Assembly: GCA_965202585.1 (NCBI GenBank) | Contig: OZ241832.1 | Span: 33,852,001-33,916,000 of the forward strand | Source of the DNA: Thalia democratica | Lineage: Eukaryota | Reading direction: 5' to 3' | DNA length: 64,000 bases | Part shown: positions 55,001 to 63,510 of the stretch, one piece after another | Numbering within the stretch: position 1 is the first letter of the stretch | How the letters are laid out: the number at the start of each line of letters is the position of its first letter | Position numbers and translations under genes: made by a program | Notes under the pieces: model-generated | The model's database searches: none | Told to the model about the DNA's origin: nothing | Seen by the model: the letters and a program-made list of their open reading frames with translations, nothing else

Positions 55001-58000
55001 GTTGCTTGATACACTAGTTTCTGATTTTGTTTTTGAAGAACTGTAGTAGCCTGAGTCTTGTTTATAACTTTTCAGCTGCACTGTTGGCACTTTATGTTTT
55101 GGCTCGCTATCATATTTTTTATTGTAACTGCTATTTTTCTGATGTTGTTTCTGATGTTTTTCTTTGCTAAGTTTACCTTGTTTTGCTGTAAAAGCAACAG
55201 CTTGCTTATAAGCTCTATTAGCTTTTATTTTCTGCTGTTGGAAGTCACTAGAATGATGGTTTGCGTCAAATATTTTTTGTTTAAATTTTTGGTTGTAGTT
55301 TGAATTCTTATCTACAGCATACTTAGACCCTTGAACTGCTTTACCATTAGGACCTGCCACGTTTGCGACTTCTGGCATGTTGTTTTTACCTACGACAATA
55401 TCAAACTGGACTTTCTCTCCTTGTGCAAGAGACCTTAAGAATTTGTTCGGGTTGTTTTTTATGATAGCTGTATAATGAACAAAAATATCGCTGTTCTGAT
55501 CATCACGATGAATAAAACCGTAACCTTTGCGAACATTAAACCATACTACTTGACCAGTTACTCCAATCGCTATTGTTTTTTTTTATTACCTGAGCTTTTT
55601 CTTTAACTGTTTGAAACTCTTTGGTTGTATTAGATGTTTTTGTAGGTAAGTTTTGATGACATGACAAACACTGTGCTATGTTAACATTGTTACTACTATT
55701 CCCATTGTATGATTTTCTTGGTTTAAAATTATCTCTATCTTGATTATGTTGACGATAATTGTAATTTTGATTAATACCATTGTCTCTTAAATGAAAATTT
55801 TGTTTATAATTAGGACGAACTAGTTTATGGTAATCTATTTTAGAATTATAATGATTTTGTTCATACTGCTGTAGTCTATCGTAATTAACTTGCTTAGGTA
55901 TTAATGCGTTTTCTTTATAAGCATTCCATATGGCTTGTCCTTTTCTTTTAAAAACTTCTAAGCTTTCATCAAAATATTCCCTAATCTTATCTTTGATCGA
56001 AAAGGGCATCAAGTATGCAAGAAAAAATTTAATTCTGTCCTACTCTGGACATTTGGCCCAACTCACGGCTGTAGCAAATATTTTATTAAAGTTTGTACAA
56101 TCATCCCAAATTTGGATTTTATCTAAAATTTCAGCTAATTGATTGTCCCTATTAATAAAAAAGTTTCTTAAAGAACTGTAGTTTCTTTCACCTCGTTCTG
56201 TCATTTTATAATAGTCTGACAACTCTTCTCTCGGCCAAAACCCAGTTAAAAATTTATACTTTTCTGTATTACTAGAAATATTTTCATTTAACATTTCCTC
56301 TTCGAAAAAACTAATAATATCACGAGGGTTTCTTACAAAGTCTAACCTTTTAAACTTTTTACTTAGTCTTTGCGCCTTAAATGTGTCGCTAAAGTTATTA
56401 AAATTATTTCGATTACTATTTTTGTAATCATTGTAAAAAGGTTCGCGTTTTTCTAGCATCGCACGTTCGAAATGTGGTGATCTAGACTGCTTTAATCTAT
56501 TATTTAGTTTTTTTATTTGCATTTGCAAAACTCTTAACTCTTCTTCATTTGTTAGCTGCTTAACTTCGCTTAATTTTCTAAATTGTTGTTGAATGCTGTT
56601 TGACGGATAAAATTCAGCATTATCTTTCATCATCTCTGCTTGATGAAAATTATTAAAATTGATATCGTCATTGTTGTTTGTGTGCATTTATTTTGTTGAC
56701 TGCTTAAAGATTCCTAACCAGAAAATTCAAGGTTCTTAAAAGACACTGCGTGGTCTCCACTTTAACCAATTAGGTTATTTTATTGGTTTTTATGTTTTAT
56801 GTCTTAACTACGTGGTCTCCAGTAACTTACTGACTGCTATACTTACGAGAAGTAAATAATATACAAACAGTATAAGTTACAAAACTATTTTCTAAGTTAT
56901 GAATAAAACACACTTTGAATAAATGCAATTTAATTTATTTTCAATAATAATTCTTAGTTCTGAAGAAAGAAACTATTAAATCACGACACAAATAAAATCT
57001 ATAAAAAATATCAACAATCGTAAAGTTACATAAATACTAACATCAACTCCGCGATGTAGACGTTTTCTTGATTCTCGATAATTGAAGTAAAACGTTAAAC
57101 TTAATCGTAACTAGATCGTACCGCGGAATAACTTTGCAACTAACTTTAACGCGTATTTGAAAGACAAACGCCGATATATACGCGTCGGAATGAAATTAAC
57201 TCCTTAAAATAATAAAAATGTTTGTTTTTTATAAAAATATGTTTGTTTTTTTAATACTAGAAGCACGTCACAAATATCTGCGCAAAACACTCCACAACAT
57301 TCGCTTTTCAATACGAAAATGAGATGTTAATATCATTACAAAGGAAAATAATGAACAGTGAAAATGACATTTATTTATAAATATAAACTATTCAAAACAA
57401 GTAAGTTTTTGGGCCTTTCATTTGAGTCATTTTGTTGTTGGCAAGTTTTTTTCGTATTTTTCCGAGTTAACTAAAGCGTGTTCTAGCTTTCCATTTTTTA
57501 TTTCTTACGAACACTAGTTTGCATTTACTGAACACAAATTCCATTCTAAAATTGCATGTTTACGGTGTAATTATGGCACCTTTGGACGGAGTTAAAAAGT
57601 GCCCATGGTAGATTGCATAATATTGAAAACTAACAGTAAAACATGATGGCGATTTTTATTTATGCTTTAGCTAAACTTGCAAACTCTATTTTCTGATTGT
57701 TTTGAAGTAAATTTCAATCTTCATTCCATTATATAACATCCAAATTTATACAACATGATTTTTTCTAAAATTTTACTACATCTTTACCAATGTTTTACCA
57801 ATTTTGCATAAGTTGTCTTTTTTTTTTTTTTTTTTTCAGAATCACAGTTTAAAAATCCGTTTTGCGGAGAAACTGATTAACTGTAAATTTTGTAACAAAA
57901 TATATTTCAAAATAGTATATAAATCTTCAATTTGAATAGATTTCCATGTTACACCTGTAATAAACAATGAACTTTACCGCAAGATCAACAACAACAGCAT

Positions 58001-61000
58001 CCGAGACAATCCTACGACCGGTTTCGTCCTTATTAGGACTCATCAGGCAGGAATAGTCGCGAGAAACCGCTATTGTGATCTTAAACAAGCGGGCTTAAGT
58101 ACGAAGCACTGAAGCGACCGTTTGTGGGTGAAGTTGAAAAACTATTCCTGCCTGATGAGTCCTAATAAGGACGAAACCGGTCGTAGGATTGTCTCGGATG
58201 CTGTTGTTGTTGATCTTGCGGTAAAGTTCATTGTTTATTATCGATTGCATAAAACATCTCAACTTCGTTGATGATGGCCGAAATAAATACTGGCATGTTA
58301 CACCTGTTTAACCAAAAATTCAATTTCAGTCTTCAACTGTAAATAAAAACAATAGCATCTGATAGTTCATTAAACCATCAAAAATAAAGTTTGTTCAGGT
58401 TATTTCAATTTATTCAAACCGAACAGTTGCAAAGAGAATGCTGTGGGGGAAGATGACCAACTTGGGGCAGACTTGCATCGCCCCAGACTACCTCATTTGC
58501 CACAAAAACGTTCAGGACAAGTTCATCAAAGAACTGCAGTTAGTTTTTGAATTATTTATTATAGTTATCAATCACTTTGTATGGTTGTTTATTTTCTTAA
58601 TAATCATAGAAAGACCTTTGGCTCTTTAGAATTATCTTTCTTCTATTTATAAGTATACATCTAAAACAAAAATAACATTATAATGATGTAGTCTAATATC
58701 TATAATGAAAAAAGAAGTTATGTATTTTAAAATAAAATAAAACAACTGTTAATCTATTTTACCTAAAAACTAACTGCTTGACATAAAAATTTCAAAAAAT
58801 TAGTATGAGAACTATTTTTTGTAATTTTTAAAAGTTCTTATATATTTTATCAATTTTTTTTGTACGAGCTTTAAAACAATCATATATCTACCTCTATCTA
58901 AAAATAAATAAAGACCATAAGGGGGTCCAACATTTTTTATTTTGTGAATAAATTTAAAACTGGCCTTTATTCAAAAGCTTAAAGTGTATATATTTTGAGA
59001 TACTTTTTATACTGTAAAAAAAATAAAATATATTTTAAGACGTATTCAGTTTTGTGAAAAGTTACTGATATAAATGTATAGAATATAAACATTTCATTTT
59101 CAAATTTGTTTAACATAACTAATAACTTGTGAAAAATGTGTTTCAAAAAAAATAAAAAAGATAAAGTTAAAATAATTGATTATTACAAGTTATTTGTAAA
59201 TTATCAAATATAGATTGAGAAAATTTTAAAACAATTGCTCAAAAATTGTAGCATAAGATGGATTTGTAGTGAAATAGTATTTTTTGGTCTTTTTACTTAG
59301 GTTGCGCTTTTTATGAGAAACCTATTGAACTTTTTACTTTTGATCGCTAACTTCTAAACACTTACTTTGATTTAAGAAAAATAAAACTGGTATCTTAGTT
59401 ATTGTAGTAGAAATAAGACTAACTTTTGAAACAAGTGATATAATCATTTGCCACAAATTCGAACTTTTACAAACCCTGGAAATTTAAATATAAAAATTTT
59501 TTAGACTTTCTTCAAAAGTTTTAAATAAATTTTTGTTTAAAGTAAACTTTATAAATATAAACTTAGATTGAAAATTTTAATAAAGTGTTATTTACTGTTA
59601 AAGTATTTAAAACTAGGTTTTATTTTTTTATATGTTATAAAATAAAAAGTTATTTTTTTTACAAAATTACACTATAAATAATATAGAAGTTAGTTTAAAG
59701 GTAATTAATACTTTGCTTTGAAGTTTTACAATGGGAAAATTGTAAATACTTTGCGTTTTTTTTATTTGTACGAGTGCTTTTAAGTGTATTTTGTAAAATT
59801 GCAATACACTAATTACTTTAAATTTAACAACCTAAACTGTCACAAAGCTTAACACTTTTTAACTCTTAGTTAATCTAAAACGCAGAAATTGTGATGATTT
59901 TATTCATCAATTTACGCAAAGCTCACAGTTTTTTGGTTATTAAATAAATATTAATCTCAATTTACGTAGTTATTGATGATTAACTAAATCGATTAGATAA
60001 ACATTTATTTAAAAGACAATATTTACGCTCATGTTTATTGCTTTACAATCAAATTACTTTTTTTTTGTCATTTTAAAGTGTTTAAAAGATTAATTTTGAG
60101 TTATTTATAGTAACTTTGAGTTTGTCGTACTAAAAAATATATTTAAAATATAGAATTTCATGTATACAACTAATTTTCAAGTAGAATAATATAACCTAAA
60201 GTTAGTTTCCTAAATTAATCGTTGCTAAAGCTTTTAGTAAACTATCTTTAAAAGTTGTTTCTACCTTTGAGATGACTGCTTTTGCTATGTAATTCGGATA
60301 ATAATATTTTATCTTAAGTAAATATTTACTCATAAACACATGTCGCTTTTTAAATGAATTGATTATTGTATGAATTTAAGTTTACAAAAATGTAATTTTG
60401 ATATACAATGTACACATGCTTTTTAAACTTAGTTTTCTTAGACAGTTAAGAATACTATGTTTTTTTTTTGAAACAAATTATACAATCTAAACACTTGTAA
60501 ATAATATAAATATTGATTACAATTATACGTATTTTAGTATAATTAGTTTAATGCATCTGTAAAATACTCTATTTTTTATATAATTTGTATAAAACTTTTT
60601 AAGTACTTAATTAATATTTAGATACTATTTTAAAAATAACTTATTTTATCATTAACATTTTTTATAAGCCATAGTTAATAAAAACTAACCTAGTATAAAG
60701 TTGTTTACCTTAAAATAAATTAGTTTACAATATTTTAACGCTAAATACTTCTTAGAAGACTTTTTTTTTGCGTGATATTTGTTATGAAAATGTTACTTCA
60801 TGGATTTTATGCAATCTAAATAAACATAAGGATTTATTTTTATTTGTGTACCTATATAATAGTTTTTCTACAGTTGTTATAATTTATTAATTCTAACAAT
60901 TTTTTTACTTCAGAATCAGAGCGTTATTTTTCAATAGTATACACATAATTAAAGTTCACATCAATGCTCAACTAACTGTTTAATAAACTTATACATAAAA

Positions 61001-63094
61001 TAACATAAAACTAAACTAACTGGTAGCTACCAAGCTTAACAGTAAAAATAATAGTATATGCTAAATAAATTCTTTATGTTGTGCAAAGTTATTTCTTTCC
61101 GTATTTTCAAGGAAAGTTTTGAAATCCTTTTACGGAGAAGATCCTCAAAAATCTAAAGACCTGGGAAGAATTGTAAATGAGAGAAATTTCAATCGTTTGG
61201 TGGGATTAATGGACAAAATGCCCAAAAACAAGTTGGCCTTTGGCGGGAAAACAGACATCGAAGACAAGTACATTGGTTAGTAGTTTTTAAATGTAAATGC
61301 TATTTTCTTATGCAGGTAGTTATAAATGCATGCTCTAGGTTATGTACATACATAAAATTTAATTTAACTTTACGTTTATAAATTTAAAACACATCTATTA
61401 ACAAAATTTTAACTAGTTTGTAAGTTTATTTTAATTACCAAATAAATAATGTAACCTAACTAAAGTTTAATTTGCAAGACCACGAAGCCTTAACTACTTG
61501 ATTGTTTTATCAAGTACTTTGTTCGTTTTAATTTAAAAGTGTTTGTATTTATAAATTTTATGAATTTCAATGAATTGTTTTAAAAAGTTTTTAAGACTTG
61601 AAGTTTCTCTTTAAAACTAGATTAGTTTTACAAACTTGTAAAAGTGGTTTATAAGTGTTAAGTGAAGAAAGATAGCCTGTAAAAGTTTACAAAAAAACTT
61701 TGAAAAAAACTATTAAAAACTTTTAAAAACATACACAAAACATAATATTTTTTCATCAATTTTTTACAAAATTTAAAAATTCAAAAATATAAAGGTCGCT
61801 TTCAAACGAACAAAAAATTTATATTAATTATTTCTTTTTTTTTAAATTTTGTAAAAAAAATATCAAAAAAGTCTTTTGTTATTAGTTTTTGATAGTTTTT
61901 ATAAAATCTTACTATAAGATTTAAATTAGAACAGTCTAAAAGTAATTTTTAAAGTGAGATAGAATTTTGGGGTAGTTGTCAAAAATGCACGACGGGAGAC
62001 TTTCGCACGAAAACTTGAACGAAGCTTTATCAAGTAGAAAATTACTAAAATTTATAACACACCGACAGAACTAACCTGCTACACCGATGTGTCGATGGAG
62101 GACTCCATCATGGGTGAGGAGCTGTTCGGACCCATATTGCCCGTCGTTACTGCTCAAGACTACCATCACGCGGTGGAAATGATCAACAATAGCGGGGAAA
62201 AACCTCTGGCAATTTATGTGTTTTCCAATAGTAACAAGGTTTGTTTAACTTCGGCTGTGTTTTAGTAGTTTATGGACATAAAGAAAAAAAAAAACATTTG
62301 TGTAATTCAACATATTTGCTATTTCATTTTAATATTTTGTTTAAATATTAAAAAGTTATTACTTTTTGATAAATTATAATTTAAGCACACATGTTGTTAG
62401 TACATACTTACGCTTTCTTTTACATAATTTTACGCTTTTACGGTAAACATCAACATTGAATTTTATTTCATTTCATAATACCAAACATCTTAAACGATTT
62501 GGTGCGATTTATTTTTACGATAAAACCTTAAAAGTTTCACATTTACGGTTTTACAAATACCATCATTTTCCAATACAATTTTCAGTTTGTTTCAGGTAGT
62601 TGAGAAATTTGTTAGTGAGACTTCTAGCGGAGGAATTCTTGCCAATGACACTCTGATGCAGTGCAGCGCCTCTAATGTTCATTTTGGTGGCGTTGGTGAG
62701 ATAATTTTTATTTTTACTAGCGAGTTTTACTACTTTTTTAAATTTTGTGCTTATATCCTAATAGCACTAACATTCATTTTGACTTACAAAATAGTAAGTA
62801 TTAGAAAGGTGTTTTTATTAATGTTTTCAATTTCAATTTAAAAAGTGTTTACCTTTGATCTAATATCGTGTCTCGATATACGATTTATTTAGCTGTAATT
62901 TGTGCAAAGTAATGTTATAATAAACATGACTGACACAAATTCACGAAATAGGAAACAGCGGGATGGGAAGCTACCATGGCAAGTCCACGTTCGACACTTT
63001 CACCCACAAGAAGCCGGTGTGGTTGAGGAAACAGAACATGGAGGCGGTGATCGCGGGGAGGTACCCGCCCTTCAACCAGACCAACCTGAACAGG
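28035..63094 (+). CDS. ALDH3: Aldehyde dehydrogenase class 3 (ALDH3A/B-like), 12 coding exons identified, 457 codons, likely continuing 3'
   Basis: Exons 28035-28069, 28793-28919, 29297-29430, 32693-32790, 37283-37368, 38070-38162, 38662-38770, 58427-58538, 61112-61275, 62069-62238, 62596-62695, 62952-63094. All introns GT-AG, phases consistent, no internal stop. Motifs [31 protein letters not shown] (catalytic Glu), GQTCIAPDY (catalytic Cys), [43 protein letters not shown]. Confidence 0.93.
28793..28919 (+). CDS. ALDH3: ALDH3 coding exon 2
   Basis: [42 protein letters not shown]. Confidence 0.9.
29297..29430 (+). CDS. ALDH3: ALDH3 coding exon 3
   Basis: [44 protein letters not shown](R). 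Confidence 0.88.
29954..29978. repeat. (AT)n microsatellite, ~12 units
   Basis: Uninterrupted AT dinucleotide run. Confidence 0.9.
30465..30878. mobile_element. CAGGGT(G/T)GCCAC-family MITE
   Basis: Perfect 12-bp TIR CAGGGTGGCCAC / GTGGCCACCCTG; body colinear with the 16812 and 33014 copies. Confidence 0.85.
31560..32020. mobile_element. MITE of the TTTTGCAC-subrepeat family
   Basis: AATTGCAC/TTTTGCAC arrays on the left, GTGCAAAA/GTGCAATT arrays on the right, ending GTGCAAATTTGACAGCTACCC. Left boundary approximate. Confidence 0.65.
32693..32790 (+). CDS. ALDH3: ALDH3 coding exon 4
   Basis: [32 protein letters not shown](G). Confidence 0.93.
33014..33397. mobile_element. CAGGGTTGCCAC-family MITE with 6-bp flanking duplication TTTTAA
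   Basis: CAGAGTTGCCAC...GTGGCAACCCTG; TTTTAA on both sides (33008-33013, 33398-33403). Confidence 0.85.
33573..35551 (+). mobile_element. Decayed, internally deleted Ty3/Gypsy-type LTR retrotransposon
   Basis: Gag-like fragment ([29 protein letters not shown]); aspartic protease motif [11 protein letters not shown] at ~34757-34790; integrase-tail-like [12 protein letters not shown]; purine tract GAGCTGGAGGGGA followed by TGTAG at 35406 (3' LTR start). A diverged matching 5' LTR lies at ~33573-33700 (shared ATATCAGTGTTC, AGATTTTTA-TTGTT, CACAAG-AGTTTTT). No RT/RNase H recognisable. Confidence 0.75.
37283..37368 (+). CDS. ALDH3: ALDH3 coding exon 5
   Basis: (G)[28 protein letters not shown]. 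Confidence 0.93.
37512..37766. repeat. Minisatellite, ~68-bp unit x ~4
   Basis: Unit approx. TTTATTAAAACTGGTATAGCTCTTTTCGAAT-CAACATTTAATTGTTCACAATATATGTAAAGA repeated head to tail. Confidence 0.88.
38070..38162 (+). CDS. ALDH3: ALDH3 coding exon 6
   Basis: [31 protein letters not shown], donor GTGAGC. Confidence 0.93.
38662..38770 (+). CDS. ALDH3: ALDH3 coding exon 7
   Basis: [36 protein letters not shown]. Confidence 0.93.
40662..42647 (-). CDS. SF3A1: Splicing factor 3A subunit 1 (SF3a120/Prp21), intronless, nested antisense in ALDH3 intron 7
   Basis: 661-aa ORF: SURP1 ([30 protein letters not shown]...[12 protein letters not shown]), SURP2 ([13 protein letters not shown]...QFDFL), [26 protein letters not shown]...[12 protein letters not shown], and a C-terminal ubiquitin-like domain ending KQRGGRRK. 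Confidence 0.96.
   Translation of the reverse strand: MGAAQEDTRVGGGDANERPAVGIIHPQPEVRDIVDKTAAFVSRNGAAFEARIRRNERNNKRFRFLSESDPYHAYYRHKLRDFTAGRGVEPAVTPRPVEAPARPVAAVEKLQLIDSPSEYEYFADPPSISANDLEVVRLTALFAAKNGGKFVRQITNKEARNGQFDFLNLKHSLHGYFQKMVGQYKKVLVPRKSGVEKFRNEIENPKLILEDVECRAEWARHEARQKQKEQAGAEKERKIYAQIDWHDFVVVETVDLLVGEEGNFPQPVSVDELGARLLQQERIEKYGEESENIERKGATPAKFQPDMDIDEDEESTSVAQLNPQKPPKQIVIKDYDPKKLKQPSKRKVEIKLISPITNQEIKPSELASHVKHHLLDPNWKDERERNIQQRRAEDQVFAGGEDISANLRNLAVRRTDIFGVEETTIGEKVGEKKQLENSVQWDGHSGSGREAKRLASSRVTAEEQIEYASKTLGLLTDEKMGPQKIGKNTRVVTSETAGRQLETDPRVVVNDLDKRVTKLPQVQKVATPAPTVAQKILEERKQEGPPPAKRCRAEGDFVSTDAFIRQHPGPVRFFVQCPAMPDKPEWNLRGQRLQLELPSTDQVSVVKALVHEETRVPGGKQKLRVDGSFAKDGDTLAFHNLTEGCTVVLQVKQRGGRRKNN
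45437..48538 (-). mobile_element. 3.1-kb hAT-superfamily DNA transposon with frameshifted/deleted transposase
   Basis: Perfect TIR CAGGGTTGCCAC / GTGGCAACCCTG, many subterminal TTTCCCTGAG repeats, TTTATA on both flanks. Minus-strand ORF pieces 47829-46136 give a zinc-finger-like N-terminus (CKWC...H...KKH), [29 protein letters not shown] (CxxH) and, after a frameshift, FCATRWLE. Confidence 0.88.
46136..47829 (-). pseudogene. hAT-type transposase pseudogene
   Basis: Four consecutive ORF fragments in shifting frames. The C-terminal catalytic-Glu/dimerisation region is not recognisable. Confidence 0.8.
51162..51844. mobile_element. TTAA-flanked MITE (GGGCATAGGGG family, Kolobok-like)
   Basis: TTAA|GGGCATAGGGGGG...CCCCTTATGCTC|TTAA; internal blocks shared with the 24160-24833 element. 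Confidence 0.75.
52503..53156. repeat. Three ~200-bp copies: two direct plus one inverted (foldback element with a duplicated arm)
   Basis: Copies at ~52503-52709 (+), ~52729-52931 (+), ~52960-53156 (-); shared AAAACTTGAATAGAAAGTGAATT, AAACATACACTTTGAAAAAAA, TAGCAGTGCCAATGTTTACAT. Confidence 0.85.
54908..56687 (-). pseudogene. Disrupted ORF (~590 codons): Gag-like N-terminal region + Y-box-type cold-shock domain + basic low-complexity tail
   Basis: The 215-aa and 158-aa ORFs are in the same frame, separated only by one TAG (56040-56042). Removing one base from the 9-nt homopolymer at 55576-55584 joins them to an open frame reading [93 protein letters not shown], which runs into the 156-aa ORF. 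The CSD call is strong; the Gag call is pattern-based. Confidence 0.75.
55310..55575 (-). other. Cold-shock domain of Y-box (YBX/FRGY2) type
   Basis: RNP1 KGYGFI, RNP2 IFVHY, the Y-box-specific insert [10 protein letters not shown] and the terminal [13 protein letters not shown]; encoded without introns. Confidence 0.9.
56749..56821 (-). promoter_or_regulatory. Two PBS-like motifs (TGGAGACCACG) upstream of the Gag-like ORF
   Basis: An 11-nt direct repeat ~62 bp apart; 9/11 match to the tRNA-Trp primer-binding site TGGTGACCCCG used by CsRn1-type Gypsy elements. A possible LTR begins TGTGACG at ~57272. Confidence 0.4.
58010..58052 (-). ncRNA. Minimal type I hammerhead ribozyme (minus-strand copy)
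   Basis: Exact reverse complement of 58146-58188; predicted cleavage after the C opposite position 58016. Confidence 0.88.
58146..58188 (+). ncRNA. Minimal type I hammerhead ribozyme (plus-strand copy)
   Basis: TCCTGC | CTGATGA | GTCCT-AATA-AGGAC | GAAAC-CG-GTC | GTAGGA. Intact core, 5-bp stem II, palindromic mini stem III (ACCGGT), 6-bp stem I with one G-U pair; GUC cleavage after 58182. Confidence 0.9.
58427..58538 (+). CDS. ALDH3: ALDH3 coding exon 8 (catalytic Cys)
   Basis: (V)[36 protein letters not shown](Q). Confidence 0.94.
61112..61275 (+). CDS. ALDH3: ALDH3 coding exon 9
   Basis: [54 protein letters not shown]. Confidence 0.93.
62069..62238 (+). CDS. ALDH3: ALDH3 coding exon 10
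   Basis: (E)[26 protein letters not shown]...[15 protein letters not shown]. Confidence 0.92.
62596..62695 (+). CDS. ALDH3: ALDH3 coding exon 11
   Basis: [33 protein letters not shown]. Confidence 0.92.
62952..63094 (+). CDS. ALDH3: ALDH3 coding exon 12
   Basis: (G)[47 protein letters not shown], followed by GTTTGT (a donor used at two other introns of this gene). Read-through would instead stop at 63142. Confidence 0.88.
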
Positions 63095-63218
63095 GTTTGT
63101 TTGTTTGTTATGTGTGATTTTCTGTTTAAGTGTTGTATTTAAATAGTTAGTTAAACAATAGTTTCGATAAAGCTTGAAGAAACAATTGGTTTTAAAAAGT
63201 TTGATAAGTTTTCACAAA

Positions 63219-63510
63219 TTACCCTTCTTTCAATCAGACTAACCTGAACAGGGTTGGTGATTCATTTTATATGTAATTAGCATCAGCCATTATTCATTTG
63301 TTGTCAAATAGCTTGAAACTATTACATTGTGTCCGTTACTTAATTAGATGTTTCAAAAAATGCAATCAAAAATCGGTTTTAAAAAACTAAGTCAGTTTTA
63401 ACAAGTTAGTCTTACTTAAGCACTTAATGGAAAAGCAGGTACCCTCCGTTAAGTCAGACTAATCTGAACAGGGTTGGTTTGCATTTCATATGTAATTAGC
63501 ATTAGCCATC
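63219..63510 (+). repeat. Two ~220-bp-spaced duplicates of the 3' end of ALDH3 exon 12 plus donor site
   Basis: TACCCTTCTTTCAATCAGACTAACCTGAACAGG|GTTGGT and AGGTACCCTCCGTTAAGTCAGACTAATCTGAACAGG|GTTGGT versus exon TACCCGCCCTTCAACCAGACCAACCTGAACAGG|GTTTGT; both are followed by a shared ATATGTAATTAGCAT block. Confidence 0.8.

Larger units (their letters stand above)
57958..58293. mobile_element. Penelope-like retroelement fragment (pseudo-LTR with inverted partial copy), flanked by 13-14-bp TSD
   Basis: Perfect 100-bp inverted repeat (57958-58057 / 58141-58240), 83-bp spacer, 53-bp tail with AATAAA. CATGTTACACCTGT at 57945-57958 and 58294-58307. Each arm contains a hammerhead motif. Confidence 0.85.

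Noticed and set aside
55576-55584. Programmed -1 frameshift at A AAA AAC in the Gag-CSD ORF
   Set aside because: The heptamer looks slippery, but a -1 shift meets TAG two codons later. Reaching the CSD needs a +1 correction, so a homopolymer indel (mutation or assembly error) is simpler.
56040-56042. Retroviral-type UAG read-through signal
   Set aside because: The stop lies inside the presumed Gag helical region rather than at a gag-pol junction, and no pol follows; more likely a nonsense mutation.
58268-58290. Third hammerhead-like motif (TTGATGA-TGGCC-GAAAT) in the insertion tail
   Set aside because: C3 is replaced, stem II cannot form properly, and there is no stem III/cleavage triplet; at most a remnant.
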